Sequence record: OP870146.1
Reading direction: 5' to 3' (one strand)
DNA: 64,000 bases
Origin: Escherichia phage vB_Eco_F27
The translations under genes and the position numbers were made by a program. Shown here piece by piece: positions 51,380 to 63,887 of the stretch; within the stretch, counting starts at the first letter, position 1; every line of letters begins with the position of its first letter. Under the pieces are notes generated by a model that had not been told where the DNA came from, did no database searches, and saw only the letters and a list, made by a program, of their open reading frames with translations.

Positions 51380-53353
51380 ATGGCAAACACTCCTGTAAAT
51401 TATCAATTAACACGAACAGCGAATGCTATTCCCGAGATTTTTATCGGGGGCACATTTGCCGAAATCAAACAGAACATTATCGAATGGCTCAATGGACAGA
51501 ATGAATTTCTTGATTATGATTTTGAAGGTTCACGCTTAAACGTATTGTGCGACCTTTTAGCATATAACACTCTTTACATCCAACAGTTCAGTAATAGTGC
51601 AGTGTATGAAAGTTTTATGCGTACTGCAAACTTGCGTAGTTCTGTTGTACAAGCGGCTCAAGATAACGGATATCTGCCTTCATCTAAATCAGCAGCACAA
51701 ACAGAAATTATGCTCACATGTACAGATGCATTAAATAGAAACTATATCACCATTCCACGTGGCACTCGTTTCTTAGCATACGCTAAAGATACTTCTGTTA
51801 ACCCGTATAACTTTGTTTCTACTGAAGATGTCATTGTAGTTAAAGACAAAAATAACCAATATTTTCCACGTCTTCGATTAGCTCAAGGACGTATTGTTCG
51901 CACTGAATTAACATTTGATAGATTAAAACCTATCATTATTCGTGATAAGAATATTGACCGTAATTTGGTTAAGTTGTATGTTGACGGAGCAGAATGGATT
52001 AACTGGACTCGTAAGTCGATGGTTCACGCTGGTTCTACGTCAACAATCTATTATATGCGTGAAACAGTTGATGGGAACACCGAATTTTATTTTGGTGAAG
52101 GCGAAATCTCTATTAACACATCAGAAGGTGCGTTAACATCTAACTATATTGGTGGCCTTAAACCTGTTCAGGGTTCTAAAATCGTAATTGAGTATATTTC
52201 TACTAATGGCGCAGATGCTAACGGTGCTGTAGGATTTTCTTATGCTGATACATTAGCTAATATCACGGTAATCGATATTAACGAGAACCCTAGCAATAAC
52301 CCAGACTTTGTCGGGGCCATCGGCGGCGGTGACCCTGAAGATATTGAACGTATCCGCGAATTAGGCACAATTAAACGCGAAACTCAACAACGTTGTGTAA
52401 CCGCTTCCGACTATGACACATTCGTCTCTGAGCGGTTTGGTTCTATTATTCAAGCGGTTCAAACATTCACAGATTCATCTAAACCAGGGTACGCATATAT
52501 TGCTGCTAAGCCTAAATCTGGATTGTATTTGACTTCTGTCCAACGCGATGATATCAAAAACTATTTGAATGATTATAACTTAGGGACTATTACACCTGTT
52601 GTTATTTCGCCTGATTATTTGTTTATCAAAATGAATATCAAAGTTACATACGCGTTGAATAAACTCCAAGAATCAGAACAATATCTTGAAGGGCAGATTA
52701 TTAATAAAATAGACCGTTATTATATTGAAGATGTAGAAATTTTTAACTCATCGTTTGCAAAATCTAAAATGCTAACTTATGTCGATGATGCAGATATTTC
52801 TATTATTGGTTCTTCAGCTACTATTCAAATGGTTCGCGAAGTACAAAACTTCTATAAAACGCCTGAGGCCGGTATTAAATACAATAATCAGATTAAAGAT
52901 AGATCGATGGAATCTAATATATTCTCGTTTGATTCGCACAGACCTAATCCAGAAAATGTAAATGAAACTATTAAATACGGTGTTCGCATAGTATCTTCTG
53001 ACCGTAATGATCGTGGCATAGGTCAAGTTATTATTGGTCCATTTGCAGACGGTGATGTTGTTGAAAACGAAAATATACAACCTTATACAGGTAATGATTT
53101 TAATAAACTTACTGTTACTGACGGACGAAACAAATACTATTCAATTGGTGAAGTGAATTATCCTGCCGATTCGATTTATTGGAACATTGCTAAAATTGAC
53201 CTCACTTCAGACCGTTTTGAAGTTCAAACAATTGAACTTTATTCCGACCCTGCAGATGATATTATTTTTACAAAGGATGGTTCTTTAATCGTATTCGAAA
53301 ATGACTTACGTCCTCAGTACTTAACTATAGATTTGGAGCCTATTTCACAATGA
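51380..53353 (+). CDS. 6: baseplate wedge protein gp6
   Basis: Starts MANTPVNYQLTRTANAIPEIF. 657 aa (about 660 in T4). Confidence 0.92.
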   Translation: MANTPVNYQLTRTANAIPEIFIGGTFAEIKQNIIEWLNGQNEFLDYDFEGSRLNVLCDLLAYNTLYIQQFSNSAVYESFMRTANLRSSVVQAAQDNGYLPSSKSAAQTEIMLTCTDALNRNYITIPRGTRFLAYAKDTSVNPYNFVSTEDVIVVKDKNNQYFPRLRLAQGRIVRTELTFDRLKPIIIRDKNIDRNLVKLYVDGAEWINWTRKSMVHAGSTSTIYYMRETVDGNTEFYFGEGEISINTSEGALTSNYIGGLKPVQGSKIVIEYISTNGADANGAVGFSYADTLANITVIDINENPSNNPDFVGAIGGGDPEDIERIRELGTIKRETQQRCVTASDYDTFVSERFGSIIQAVQTFTDSSKPGYAYIAAKPKSGLYLTSVQRDDIKNYLNDYNLGTITPVVISPDYLFIKMNIKVTYALNKLQESEQYLEGQIINKIDRYYIEDVEIFNSSFAKSKMLTYVDDADISIIGSSATIQMVREVQNFYKTPEAGIKYNNQIKDRSMESNIFSFDSHRPNPENVNETIKYGVRIVSSDRNDRGIGQVIIGPFADGDVVENENIQPYTGNDFNKLTVTDGRNKYYSIGEVNYPADSIYWNIAKIDLTSDRFEVQTIELYSDPADDIIFTKDGSLIVFENDLRPQYLTIDLEPISQ

Positions 53354-56300
53354 CAGTAAAAGCGCCAGCAGTCACAAGTCTCAGAATATCCAAGTTGTCC
53401 GCTAACCAAGTTCAAATACGCTGGGATGACGTTGGTGCTAATTTCTACTATTTTGTAGAAATCGCTGAGACTAAAACGGCAGACGGGGAAATAATTCCCA
53501 CTGCCAGCTACAGATGGATAAATTTAGGATATACTCCTAATAGCAACTGGTTCGAAAGTAGCTTAGACCCATTAACTTCTTATATTATTCGTGTATCAAC
53601 TGCCGCCGAAGGCTTCGAGAGATCTGATTGGGTATATACCGAAATATTTGAATCATTTCAGACTAACGCGTATACATTTCAACATATGATTGAAATGCAA
53701 TTGGCTAACACTTTTATTAGAGAAAAATTTACAAATAACAACATGGCTTATGTCGATTTTAATACCGACACTATAATGGCAGCTCTAATGAATGAATCGT
53801 TCCAATTTAGCCCTGCTTATGCGGATATTTCATCTATTAAAAATTTCATTATTGGCGAAAATGAGTATCATGAAATTCAAGGTTCGATTCAACAGGTGTG
53901 TCATGATATAAACCGTGTTTATTTGATGGAATCCGAAGGAATTCTTTATTTGTTTGAACGGTATCAGCCTGTGGTTAAAGTCTCTAATGATAAGGGACAA
54001 ACCTGGAAATCGGTTAAATTGTTTAATGACCGTGTAGGGTACCCTGTATCAAGAACAGTGTATTACCAGACAGATTATACCACGTATGTTCTTGGGTACG
54101 ATAAATTATTTTACGGTCGTAAATCAACTGACGTTCGTTGGTCTGCTGATGATGTGAGATTTAGTTCTCAAGATATAACATTTGCTAAAATTGGTGACCA
54201 GTTAAATTTAGGATTTGATGTAGAAATATTTGGTAACTATGCATCATTACCTGCTAACGTATCACGTATTGCAGAAGCTATCGTTTGCAATGACGATTAT
54301 GTATACGTTGCTGCTCGAGATAAAGTTCGTTTTATTAAAACTAGTAATGCCCCTATTGATTCAGACCCGTTATCTCCGACATATTCCGAACGTTTGTTTG
54401 AACAAGAAACATTTAACATCACAGGTAACCCTAAGGCAGTTTGCTATAAAATGGATTCTGTCGGTGGTAAGATATTTGCACTGATTATCGGTGAAGTTGT
54501 TAATCTTAACGATGACCCGAGGACTACTCCTATTGTTGATTCTTCTGATAAGGGTATTTACGTTCTAGACCATGACGCTGGCACATTTAAACGTGTGTTT
54601 GGTAATACTGAAGAAGAACGTCGCCGTATTGAACCAGGGTACACCAGTATGTCTACTGATGGTGTTGAGTTATCTATTTCATCTAGTAATTTTAAATTTC
54701 TAGAATCAGATATTGTTGATGACCCAAAAACACAAGTCAAGTACGGTTTAATCGGTGCTGTTAAATATGAGTATCCTCGTGAATGGCTGGCTGATAAACA
54801 TTACCATATGATGGCATTTATTTCAACTGAAGACTCTCAATGGGAATCGTTCACTCCCCAACCGATGGAATACTATGCCGAGCCGTTCTTTAGTTATTCT
54901 AGAAAGTCTGGTACTCGTTGTTGGATTAATAACTCAGACAAGGCCGTTGTAATTTATTCTGATTTACTTTACACTAAGGTTATTGAGAATCATCCACTTA
55001 GTTCTTCAGACCGTGAAGTTCATGAATATTGGAAGGACGGTGACTGTACAATAGTGATGCCTAACGTAGATTTCACCGGATTTAAAAAATATGCATCCGG
55101 CATGATTTTCTATAAATCATCAGGTGAGATTATTTCTTATTATGATTTTAGTTATCGTGTTAGAGATAATGTTTCTATAATTTGGAAGCCTACTAATATA
55201 TTCTTAACAGCATCATTACAAAACCAAGAAAAAGATACCACATGGACTCCTGTGGAAGAGAATGGTATTGCGGACCCAGATTTACGACCATTGCTCACTA
55301 CAATGATGCCGGAGTCTTATCTTTTAGATAATACAAACTTCGAAGCATTCTGCGAGGCTTATATTCAGTATCTTTCTGACGGTTATGGGACCCATTATAA
55401 CAACCTTTTGAATCTTATTAAAAATCAATATCCGCGCGAAGAACATGCGTGGGAATACTTATGGTCTGAGATTTATAAACGAAACATTTACTTAAACGCC
55501 GAAAAACGCGATTTAGTGTCTCGTTTCTTTGAATCAAGAAGTTATGACTTCTATTCAACTAAAGGAACTGAAGCATCGTATAAATTCTTGTTTAAAGTGC
55601 TTTATAACGAAGATGTTGAAATTGAAATTGAATCTAGTTCCGGGACCGAATATGATATCATCATTGAATCTGATTCGCTGACAGAAGATTTGGTCGGACA
55701 AACCATATACACCGCGACAGGACGTTGTAATGTGACGTATATCGAGAGAAGTTACTCTAAAGGTAAATTACAATGGACTGTAACAATTCACAACCTCTTA
55801 GGTCGTTTAATCCAAGGACAGGAAGTTAAAGCTGAAAGACTCCCTGGTTTTGAAGGTGAAATTGTTCGTGGTATTAAAGGTAAAGAGCTTTCTCAGAACA
55901 ACATCGATTACATAAATCGTGGTAGAGCATACTACGTAATGAAGATTAAATCTAAACTTCCATCATCTCGTTGGAAATCAGACGTATTACGTTTTGTTCA
56001 TCCGGTTGGATTTGGATTTATCGCAATTACACTTCTCACAATGTTTATTAACACCGGTTTAACACTTAAACATGTTGAAACCATTATTAATAAATACAAA
56101 AACTATAAGTGGGATTCTGGATTACCGACTAAATATGCAGACCGAGTGGCTAAATTAGACCCACAAGGAAATGTTGAGTTTGACCCTATTACAGGTAAAG
56201 CGATATATGAAATAGGCCCTATGGCTGGTCAAGATTATCCATTACCTGAAGATTATAACGCTGAAAACAATAACTCCATATTTCAAGGTCAACTTCCATC

Positions 56301-56448
56301 GGAACGACGTAAACTGATGAGCCCATTATTTGATGCGTCCGGAACAACATTCTCTAGATTTAGAGATTTGGTTGAACAACGGTTAATCGATAATGTAGGA
56401 AATCCAAGAGACCCCGTGAATCCACCACAGGTTAAATTAGATGAATGA
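53350..56448 (+). CDS. 7: baseplate wedge protein gp7
   Basis: 1032 aa, the same length as T4 gp7. ATGA overlap with gene 6. Confidence 0.92.
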   Translation: MTVKAPAVTSLRISKLSANQVQIRWDDVGANFYYFVEIAETKTADGEIIPTASYRWINLGYTPNSNWFESSLDPLTSYIIRVSTAAEGFERSDWVYTEIFESFQTNAYTFQHMIEMQLANTFIREKFTNNNMAYVDFNTDTIMAALMNESFQFSPAYADISSIKNFIIGENEYHEIQGSIQQVCHDINRVYLMESEGILYLFERYQPVVKVSNDKGQTWKSVKLFNDRVGYPVSRTVYYQTDYTTYVLGYDKLFYGRKSTDVRWSADDVRFSSQDITFAKIGDQLNLGFDVEIFGNYASLPANVSRIAEAIVCNDDYVYVAARDKVRFIKTSNAPIDSDPLSPTYSERLFEQETFNITGNPKAVCYKMDSVGGKIFALIIGEVVNLNDDPRTTPIVDSSDKGIYVLDHDAGTFKRVFGNTEEERRRIEPGYTSMSTDGVELSISSSNFKFLESDIVDDPKTQVKYGLIGAVKYEYPREWLADKHYHMMAFISTEDSQWESFTPQPMEYYAEPFFSYSRKSGTRCWINNSDKAVVIYSDLLYTKVIENHPLSSSDREVHEYWKDGDCTIVMPNVDFTGFKKYASGMIFYKSSGEIISYYDFSYRVRDNVSIIWKPTNIFLTASLQNQEKDTTWTPVEENGIADPDLRPLLTTMMPESYLLDNTNFEAFCEAYIQYLSDGYGTHYNNLLNLIKNQYPREEHAWEYLWSEIYKRNIYLNAEKRDLVSRFFESRSYDFYSTKGTEASYKFLFKVLYNEDVEIEIESSSGTEYDIIIESDSLTEDLVGQTIYTATGRCNVTYIERSYSKGKLQWTVTIHNLLGRLIQGQEVKAERLPGFEGEIVRGIKGKELSQNNIDYINRGRAYYVMKIKSKLPSSRWKSDVLRFVHPVGFGFIAITLLTMFINTGLTLKHVETIINKYKNYKWDSGLPTKYADRVAKLDPQGNVEFDPITGKAIYEIGPMAGQDYPLPEDYNAENNNSIFQGQLPSERRKLMSPLFDASGTTFSRFRDLVEQRLIDNVGNPRDPVNPPQVKLDE

Positions 56449-57445
56449 TTCAAGTGTTATCTATCGTGCAATAGTTACATCAAAATTTAGAACAGAAAAA
56501 ATGCTGAATTTTTATAATTCAGTTGGGGATGGAGATGATAAGAACTCCATTTATATTACGTTTGGACGTTCAGAGCCTTGGGCGTCAAATGAAAATGAGG
56601 TGGGCTTCGCCCCACCTTATCCTACAGATTCTGTTCTTGGTGTTACTGATATGTGGACCCATATGATGGGTACCGTTAAAGTTTTACCTTCAATGTTAGA
56701 TTCTGTTATTCCTAGACGTGATTGGGGAGATGTGCGATATCCAGACCCTTACACGTTTAGAATTAATGATATAGTCGCATGTAATACTGCTCCGTACAAC
56801 GCGACAGAAGTTGGAGCCGGTTGGTTAATTTACCGTTGTTTAGATGTCCCTGACGTAGGGCTCTGTTCAATAGAATCTTTAGATAATAAAGATGAATGTC
56901 TTAAATTGGGTGGTAAATGGACTCCGTCTGTTCGTTCTATGTCTCCTCCTGAAGGCAGAGGCGATGCTAATGGGGTTATCGAAACCGGTGATGGATATAT
57001 TTGGGAATATCTTTACGAGATTCCTGCCGATGTGTCAATTAACCGTTGCACTAATGAATATCTTGTAGTTCCGTGGCCGGAAGAAATTAAAGAAGACCCC
57101 ACCCGTTGGGGATATGAAAATAACTTAACTTGGCAACAAGACGACTACGGCTTGATTTACCGTGTTAAAGCTAATACGATGCGGTTTAAAGCATATTTTG
57201 ATTCTGTTTATTTCCCTGAGGCAGCTTTGCCTGGTAACAAGGGTTTTAGACAGATATCAATTATCGCAAACCCGTTAGAAGCTAAGAAAAATCCAAATGA
57301 CCCTAATGTTAAAGCAGAAAAGGATTATTATGACCCTAGAGACCTGCAACGTCATTCTGGTGAAATGATTTATATGGAAAACCGACCACCTGTTATTATG
57401 GCAATGGACCAAACAGAAGAAATTAACATTTTGTTTATGTTTTAA
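56441..57445 (+). CDS. 8: baseplate wedge protein gp8
   Basis: 334 aa, the same as T4 gp8. Confidence 0.92.
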   Translation: MNDSSVIYRAIVTSKFRTEKMLNFYNSVGDGDDKNSIYITFGRSEPWASNENEVGFAPPYPTDSVLGVTDMWTHMMGTVKVLPSMLDSVIPRRDWGDVRYPDPYTFRINDIVACNTAPYNATEVGAGWLIYRCLDVPDVGLCSIESLDNKDECLKLGGKWTPSVRSMSPPEGRGDANGVIETGDGYIWEYLYEIPADVSINRCTNEYLVVPWPEEIKEDPTRWGYENNLTWQQDDYGLIYRVKANTMRFKAYFDSVYFPEAALPGNKGFRQISIIANPLEAKKNPNDPNVKAEKDYYDPRDLQRHSGEMIYMENRPPVIMAMDQTEEINILFMF

Positions 57446-57448
57446 TTA

Positions 57449-57472
57449 GGGAGCCTTCGGGCTCCCATTTTT
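57449..57472 (+). terminator. intrinsic terminator after gene 8
   Basis: GGGAGCC-UUCG-GGCUCCC followed by AUUUUU. Confidence 0.75.
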
Positions 57473-57477
57473 GTATC

Positions 57478-57485
57478 TATAAATA
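57478..57485 (+). promoter_or_regulatory. late promoter (TATAAATA) for gene 9
   Basis: Exact TATAAATA 33 nt upstream of the gene 9 ATG. Confidence 0.75.
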
Positions 57486-57517
57486 GAATATAATATCGGA
57501 CAACAAAAGGCAGAATT

Positions 57518-58390
57518 ATGGCATTTTTTAAGCAAACTCCTAAACAATTAATCGATACCGGCGAAATTGGTAATGCCTCAACAGGTGATATCTTATTCGA
57601 CGGTGGTAATAAAATAAATGACGATATCAACGCTATTTACAATGCATTTGGCGATCAACGTAAAATGGCCGTGGCAGATGGAACCGGACCTACAGGTCAA
57701 ACTATTCATGCCACAGGTTATTATCAAAAAGGAAAGGCGGTCGATTATCAAACTCCTATTAAACCAGGCACTATGCATGATATTGATGCTTCTGATGGTG
57801 GTGTGATTGTTATTATTGACCGTCCTGAATTAGGTGACTCTGTAGAATTCATAAACTCTAATGGGTCTATTTCTGTTAACAATCCTTTAAGTATCCAAGT
57901 AACCGATGGTTCGATTAAAGGTGTTCTTAATAATCTTGTTATTTCCACCCCTTATACCCATGTTGTTCTTCGTTGTGTTGAAATTAATGGGCCAACTTCA
58001 GTATGGAATTATTCTACTGATAGCATGTTTGGGCAGAAAGAATCTCCTGTTGATGGGACTTGGAGTCTTACAGGAAACTCAGTTTCTATTCCTCTGTTTT
58101 ATCGCACAGATTATAACATGGCTAAATTGCTTGTTACATGCCAATCCGCCGACGGTAGAAAAATAAAAACATGTGAAATAAATATTCTAATAGATACAAT
58201 TAACTCAGAAGTTCTTTCTACCGAATTTGCAGTAATGCGAGTTGGTAATGTAGATGAAACCGACGAGATTGCTAATATTAGCTTTAGTATTATTAACAAC
58301 TTTGCTACTATGACGATTACATCCGATATTATTGGATTACGTTCAGCAGTTAAAATTATCTCAACTCAGAAAATTGGGGTCGCTCAATAA
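57518..58390 (+). CDS. 9: baseplate protein gp9 (long-tail-fibre socket)
   Basis: 290 aa (288 in T4). Starts MAFFKQTPKQLIDTGEIGNASTGDILFDGGNKINDD. Confidence 0.9.
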   Translation: MAFFKQTPKQLIDTGEIGNASTGDILFDGGNKINDDINAIYNAFGDQRKMAVADGTGPTGQTIHATGYYQKGKAVDYQTPIKPGTMHDIDASDGGVIVIIDRPELGDSVEFINSNGSISVNNPLSIQVTDGSIKGVLNNLVISTPYTHVVLRCVEINGPTSVWNYSTDSMFGQKESPVDGTWSLTGNSVSIPLFYRTDYNMAKLLVTCQSADGRKIKTCEINILIDTINSEVLSTEFAVMRVGNVDETDEIANISFSIINNFATMTITSDIIGLRSAVKIISTQKIGVAQ

Positions 58391-60195
58391 TGAAACAAAA
58401 TATTAAAATTGGTAACGTCGTTGATGACGGACAAGGCGATTACCTTCGTCGAGGTGGTGAAAAAATAAATGAGAACTTTGACGAAATCTATTATGAATTA
58501 GGTGATGGTGAAGTTCCTTATGCCGCTGGTGCATGGAAGACTTATGATGCGGCTGATGGTCTTAATCTTAAGGCTGCTTGGGGTAAATCTTATGCAATTA
58601 ATACTACTTCTGGGCGAGTTTCGGTAAATCTTCCTAAAGGGACAATTGCAGACTATAATAAAGTTATTCGTGCTCGTGACGTATTTGCAACTTGGAACAT
58701 TAACCCTGTTACTTTAATTCCGGCAAACGGAGACACGATTAAAGGTTCTTCATCTCCGGTAGAAATTAACGTTCAGTTCTCTGATTTAGAATTAGTTTAT
58801 TGTGCTCCTGGACGTTGGGAATACATCAAGAACAAACAAATTGACAAAATAGTTAGCTCTGACATTAGTAACGTTGCTCGTAGAGAATATCTGGTTGAAA
58901 CCCAAGGTCAGACCGATTTCATGGATGTTTTTAACGGGACCTCTTATAACGTTAACAACATTCGCGTAAAACATCGTGGCAACGAATTGTACTATGGTGA
59001 TGTATTCAGTGATAACAGTGATTTTGGTTCTCCAGGCGCTAATCCTGGTGAACTGGTTGCACTTGATGGATTTAATATTAGATTACGCCAACCATGTAAT
59101 GTTGGAGACACTGTACAAATTGAGACATTCCTAGATGGTGTTTCTCAGTGGCGTAGTTCATATACTCGTCGCCAAGTTCGCATTTTAGATAGTAAATTGA
59201 CTGCTAAAAAGTCTATTGACGGAAGTATTTACGTCACCGATTTGAGTACTTTCCGGTCTATTCCATTTACAGCATTTGGTATTAATCCTACGGAACCACC
59301 TAACCCAAATTCATTAGAAGTTCGCTTCAATGGTATTCTCCAAGAATTAGCTGGTACTGTTGGAACTCCTATTTTCCGTTGTGAAGGTGTGGATGCTGAT
59401 TCTGAAGAGTCATGCGCTAATCTCGGTGGGACATGGACCCAATCATATACAGATTATGCGATTGAATATACTGATAATATCCCTAGCGCAATTCTGTTTG
59501 ACCGTCAATTTGAAGACCAAGACATTATTACCATCACATGGTTTAATAACGATTTAGGAACTCTTCTTGAAATGGAAGAAATCCTTGATGTCGCTGATGA
59601 GAAATATGTTTCTCAAGGGTCTAACATTGAAATTACTGGTGACGTTGCATTAACCGATTTCGATAAAATTGGATGGCCTAATGTAGAACCTGTTCCTAAG
59701 TATGAACGTGAATTCTCGACTATCTCAGCAATATTTGACACAATTTATCCTGTCGGGACTATTTACGAAAATGCGGTTAACCCTAATAATCCGGCCACTT
59801 ATTTAGGTTTTGGTTCGTGGAAAATTTGGGGACAAGGCAAAGTATTAGCAGGTTGGAATGACGACGCGGCGGATCCTAATTTTGCATTAAATAATAATGA
59901 CCTTGACGTCAATGGTAACCCTACTCATACCGCAGGTGGTACTGTTGGTGTAACAACTATCACATTAGAAAATGCTGATTTACCAGCTACACAAACCGAT
60001 GAAAAGGTTCTTATTTCTGATGATAATGGTACGGTAATTATAGGCGGTTGCCAATATGACCCGGATGCAGAAGGTCCTATTTACACTAAATATCGTGAAG
60101 ACCATGCAAAGACTAATGGATCTCATGTTCCAGCGCGTTCTATAACTAATATTCAGCCATCTATAACTGTATACCGTTGGGTAAGGATTGCATAA
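58390..60195 (+). CDS. 10: baseplate wedge / tail-pin protein gp10
   Basis: 601 aa (602 in T4). Starts [32 protein letters not shown]. Confidence 0.9.
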   Translation: MKQNIKIGNVVDDGQGDYLRRGGEKINENFDEIYYELGDGEVPYAAGAWKTYDAADGLNLKAAWGKSYAINTTSGRVSVNLPKGTIADYNKVIRARDVFATWNINPVTLIPANGDTIKGSSSPVEINVQFSDLELVYCAPGRWEYIKNKQIDKIVSSDISNVARREYLVETQGQTDFMDVFNGTSYNVNNIRVKHRGNELYYGDVFSDNSDFGSPGANPGELVALDGFNIRLRQPCNVGDTVQIETFLDGVSQWRSSYTRRQVRILDSKLTAKKSIDGSIYVTDLSTFRSIPFTAFGINPTEPPNPNSLEVRFNGILQELAGTVGTPIFRCEGVDADSEESCANLGGTWTQSYTDYAIEYTDNIPSAILFDRQFEDQDIITITWFNNDLGTLLEMEEILDVADEKYVSQGSNIEITGDVALTDFDKIGWPNVEPVPKYEREFSTISAIFDTIYPVGTIYENAVNPNNPATYLGFGSWKIWGQGKVLAGWNDDAADPNFALNNNDLDVNGNPTHTAGGTVGVTTITLENADLPATQTDEKVLISDDNGTVIIGGCQYDPDAEGPIYTKYREDHAKTNGSHVPARSITNIQPSITVYRWVRIA

Positions 60196-60854
60196 TGACT
60201 GTACTTAATACAAAGGCTGGAGTTATTTCCCGTCATGCTGATTTTTTGAATTACAGAAAAAATCCAGCTCAAATTGATGTTTTAAACAACCAAGCTGTAG
60301 GTTCCGTGACTATTTCTCAGTTAGCTCGCGGTTTTTATGATGCTAACGTAGAATCTGCAATAAATGATGTCCATAATATGGCACGAGCTGATATTGGTAC
60401 TGTTGTCACAAACACTTCAGGCATATCGCCTGAAGGTACAGCACAAGTTGATTATTGGACTTTTTCTGGTGATGTTCTCGACGATACTTTGGCCCCTGGA
60501 ACGCCGGTCGTTATTAACGTATTTGGACTTGCTGTTAAAGCAACAATCGGTATGACTGATAACGAATTAACGGCACAAGTTCGTATAGCTTTACAAGAAG
60601 CCATTGCTAATCAAATCGCTATTTCTTCTTATAAAGACCATCCGTCTGAAGGTAATAAACTTCAGGTGACATATTTAGATAACCAACGTCATGTGTTGCC
60701 AACATATGCTTCGTTTGGTGTAACAATTTCGCAAGAAATTTTGTCTGAAGCAAAATCCGGATACGGAACATGGAATTTATTGGGTGCCCAAACGGTTACT
60801 CTTGATAACCATGATACTCCTACCGTTTTCTACCACTTTGTGAGAGCCTCATGA
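60195..60854 (+). CDS. 11: baseplate wedge / tail-pin protein gp11
   Basis: From the ATG at 60195 (TAATG overlap) the product is 219 aa as in T4. [17 protein letters not shown]...[16 protein letters not shown]...[24 protein letters not shown]. Confidence 0.92.
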   Translation: MTVLNTKAGVISRHADFLNYRKNPAQIDVLNNQAVGSVTISQLARGFYDANVESAINDVHNMARADIGTVVTNTSGISPEGTAQVDYWTFSGDVLDDTLAPGTPVVINVFGLAVKATIGMTDNELTAQVRIALQEAIANQIAISSYKDHPSEGNKLQVTYLDNQRHVLPTYASFGVTISQEILSEAKSGYGTWNLLGAQTVTLDNHDTPTVFYHFVRAS

Positions 60855-62434
60855 GTAATAACAATACATACCAACACGTTTCAAACGAATCCATTTACGT
60901 TGAATTCGACCCTACGGGGTCGAATTTTCCAGATACAGTCACTAATGTCCAAGCCGCATTAGCTGCTATTTCTCCTTCAGGTGTTAATGGCGTACCAGAA
61001 GCAACAACTACCACACCTGGAATTATTCAAATAGCTACTCCACAAGAAGTTATTGATGGATTAGATAATAGTAAAGCTGTTACTCCGGCAACACTGAATG
61101 CTCGTCTACAATATCCTAATGCAACCGAAACTCAATATGGCTTAACTCGTTATGCTACTGAAGATGAAGCAGTAACAGGAACTATTGACGATGCATCAAT
61201 TACTCCGCTTAAATTGAATCAAAAAATAGACGATGTATTTCAGACAAAAGTGTCAACAGAAGCAACAAATGGTGTAATTAAAATTTCAACTTCTGCTGCG
61301 GCATTAGCTGGTTCTGATGATACAACGGCAATGACCCCGTTAAAAACACAACAATTAGCAATTAAACTTATTTCACAAATTGCTCCAAATAATAGTGACG
61401 CCACCGAATCTATTACCGGTGTTGTTCGTTTAGCTACAGTTGCACAAGCACAACAAGGCACCCTGCGTGAAGGCTATGCAATTTCACCTTATACCTTTAT
61501 GAATTCAGTAGCATCAGAAACTAATAAAGGTGTCGTTAAACTAGGGACCCAGACTGAAGTAAATAGTAACAACTCTTCAGTTGTAGTGACCGGCGCAACA
61601 TTAAACGGGCGTGGGGCTACAACTTCTTTACGTGGAGTTGTTCGTTTAACTACACAAGCGGGTAACCAATCAGGTGGTGATGGTTCTTCTGCCCTTGCTT
61701 GGAATGCTGATGTTATCCACCAACGAGGCGGACAAACTATTAATGGCACGCTTCGCGTTAATAATACGTTGACGGTTGGTTCTGGCGGTGCTAATATAAC
61801 GGGTAATGTCAATATGACTGGTGGTTATATTCAAGGCAATCGTATTGTGACTCAAAACGAATTAGACCGAATTCTTCCAGTTGGCGCTATTACAATGTGG
61901 GCTGCAGATAGTTTACCAAGTTCTGATTGGCGCTTCTGCCACGGTGGGACCGTTTCTGCTTCAGAATGTCCGGTATATGCTTCCAGAATTGGGACACGAT
62001 ATGGTGGTAGTTCTTCTAACCCAGGCTTGCCTGATATGCGTGGATTATTTGTTCGCGGCTCAGGTCGTGGTAACCATTTAACTAACCCTAATGTTAATGG
62101 TAATGACCAATTCGGTAAGCCTCGACTGGCAGTAGGTTGTACTGGTGGATATGTCGGTGAAGTGCAAAAACAACAGATGTCGTATCATAAGCATGCTGGT
62201 GGTTTTGGCGAACATGACGATTCCGGTGCATTTGGTAATACTCGTCGTTCAAACTTTGTTGGTACTCGTAAAGGACTTGACTGGGATAACCGTTCATATT
62301 TTACTAACGAAGGATATGAAATTGATCCAGCGTCTCAGCGTAACTCTAAATATACCATGAATCGTCCAGAATTAATTGGAAATGAAACTCGTCCATGGAA
62401 TATTTCTTTAAACTATATCATTAAGGTAAAATAA
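60851..62434 (+). CDS. 12: short tail fibre gp12
   Basis: 527 aa, the same as T4 gp12. Repeated [11 protein letters not shown] / [10 protein letters not shown] / ITGVVRLAT / NKGVVKLGT / LRGVVRLTT motifs. Confidence 0.93.
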   Translation: MSNNNTYQHVSNESIYVEFDPTGSNFPDTVTNVQAALAAISPSGVNGVPEATTTTPGIIQIATPQEVIDGLDNSKAVTPATLNARLQYPNATETQYGLTRYATEDEAVTGTIDDASITPLKLNQKIDDVFQTKVSTEATNGVIKISTSAAALAGSDDTTAMTPLKTQQLAIKLISQIAPNNSDATESITGVVRLATVAQAQQGTLREGYAISPYTFMNSVASETNKGVVKLGTQTEVNSNNSSVVVTGATLNGRGATTSLRGVVRLTTQAGNQSGGDGSSALAWNADVIHQRGGQTINGTLRVNNTLTVGSGGANITGNVNMTGGYIQGNRIVTQNELDRILPVGAITMWAADSLPSSDWRFCHGGTVSASECPVYASRIGTRYGGSSSNPGLPDMRGLFVRGSGRGNHLTNPNVNGNDQFGKPRLAVGCTGGYVGEVQKQQMSYHKHAGGFGEHDDSGAFGNTRRSNFVGTRKGLDWDNRSYFTNEGYEIDPASQRNSKYTMNRPELIGNETRPWNISLNYIIKVK

Positions 62435-63882
62435 TGGCTGATATAACTCTGGTAGATTTACCATATGTTGACGGCCCGCCAGACGCGGGTCAGAGTCGTA
62501 TTGAATGGATTAAAAACGATGAAGAAATAACAGGTGCTGACACAAAATACGGTTCTGAAGGTGTAATGAACCGTCCTATTGTTGAAGTTCAACGTAACGT
62601 AGAAGCGTTAGATGTTAATATTAAAACTATAGCATCTTCTTTGAATACGGCCAATGAAGATATCAAAGTTATTCAAGGTATTTTAGATGTTTCTGGGGAT
62701 GTTGATGCTCTTGCACAGATAGGCCAGAACACCCAAGATATCGATGTCATTAAAGTCACAGTTCAAACCCATGCCAGTGAATTGAATGATTTGAATGAAC
62801 ATATTGATGCGAATACTGATGATATTGGTGTTTATAATCAGGAAACAGATTCAGTTTATAGAACGGTTCGTAACGACCTGCTTTGGATTAAAAATGAATT
62901 AGGACAATATACTGGTCAAGATATTAATGGGGTTCCTACTCCAGGAAATGATAGCACTGGTATGAAACGCCGTATTATGTCTAATAGCTCCGTAATTGTT
63001 GACCATGGTGTTCGATTAACTGATTTAGAAACTAAATTTGCTGATTCTGATGTTGGCTCTTTAACTACTGAAGTCGAACACTTGCGTGAAGAAATGGGAC
63101 CTCGCACTTCTTTCACTACTCCAGTGTTTAGTCGTCTTTCTAGTATTGATTTAACTTTGTCGCGTCAAAATGCTGACTTGGATGGCATTAAACAGTCTAT
63201 TGGGTATCCTAATATGACTTCTATTATTACTACCACTAATGCAAATAGTTCAGCAATAAATGACATTAATCTTGAGCTCAATCAATCCGGTGGTATTAAA
63301 CCTCGTTTGACTACAGTAGAAACTGCCATTGGCGCCGATGATTTGCCTACTACAATCCAAGGACGTATTAAACTAAATACTGATGCTATCGGAGCATTGA
63401 ACACTGTTGTCGGCTCTGATTCTTCTTCAGGATTGCGTTTTAATGTGTCATGGTTAAATAACGTAGTTGGTGTTGACGCTTCAGGTGGGAAACCGGAACC
63501 AGACGGCTCTTTGCTTTATCGTACTCGAGAGCTTGAAGGAACTATCAGTGGGATGAGTAATGACATCCAGAACATTCAAACTGATGTTGGGACTAATTCC
63601 ACAGGAATTAAGGGTTCTGTAAACACATTAAATACTCTTATAAACGGCACCCACCCAAATGGTTCGACTGTTGAAGAACGCGGTATATTGCCTACAGTTA
63701 AAAGTCATGATACGACAATTAATGGTTTAACTTCTAGAATTGCTACTCTTGAAACTGATTTGGCCGCTGCAGAAGCTGAAATCCAAACTCTTAAGGACGC
63801 TGGATATATTGAAGATGCTCCTTCAGACGGTAAATTCTATGTTCGCAAAGATGGTGCATGGGTTGAACTTCCTACAGCTTAA
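62434..63882 (+). CDS. wac: fibritin (whiskers) Wac
   Basis: 482 aa (487 in T4). Segmented coiled coil. The C-terminal foldon GYIEDAPSDGKFYVRKDGAWVELPTA matches T4. Confidence 0.93.
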   Translation: MADITLVDLPYVDGPPDAGQSRIEWIKNDEEITGADTKYGSEGVMNRPIVEVQRNVEALDVNIKTIASSLNTANEDIKVIQGILDVSGDVDALAQIGQNTQDIDVIKVTVQTHASELNDLNEHIDANTDDIGVYNQETDSVYRTVRNDLLWIKNELGQYTGQDINGVPTPGNDSTGMKRRIMSNSSVIVDHGVRLTDLETKFADSDVGSLTTEVEHLREEMGPRTSFTTPVFSRLSSIDLTLSRQNADLDGIKQSIGYPNMTSIITTTNANSSAINDINLELNQSGGIKPRLTTVETAIGADDLPTTIQGRIKLNTDAIGALNTVVGSDSSSGLRFNVSWLNNVVGVDASGGKPEPDGSLLYRTRELEGTISGMSNDIQNIQTDVGTNSTGIKGSVNTLNTLINGTHPNGSTVEERGILPTVKSHDTTINGLTSRIATLETDLAAAEAEIQTLKDAGYIEDAPSDGKFYVRKDGAWVELPTA

Positions 63883-63887
63883 TGAAA

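Noticed and set aside
61489-61812. 107-aa minus-strand ORF within gene 12, and similar small antisense ORFs in genes 5-12 and wac
   Set aside because: These are shadow ORFs inside securely identified late structural genes.
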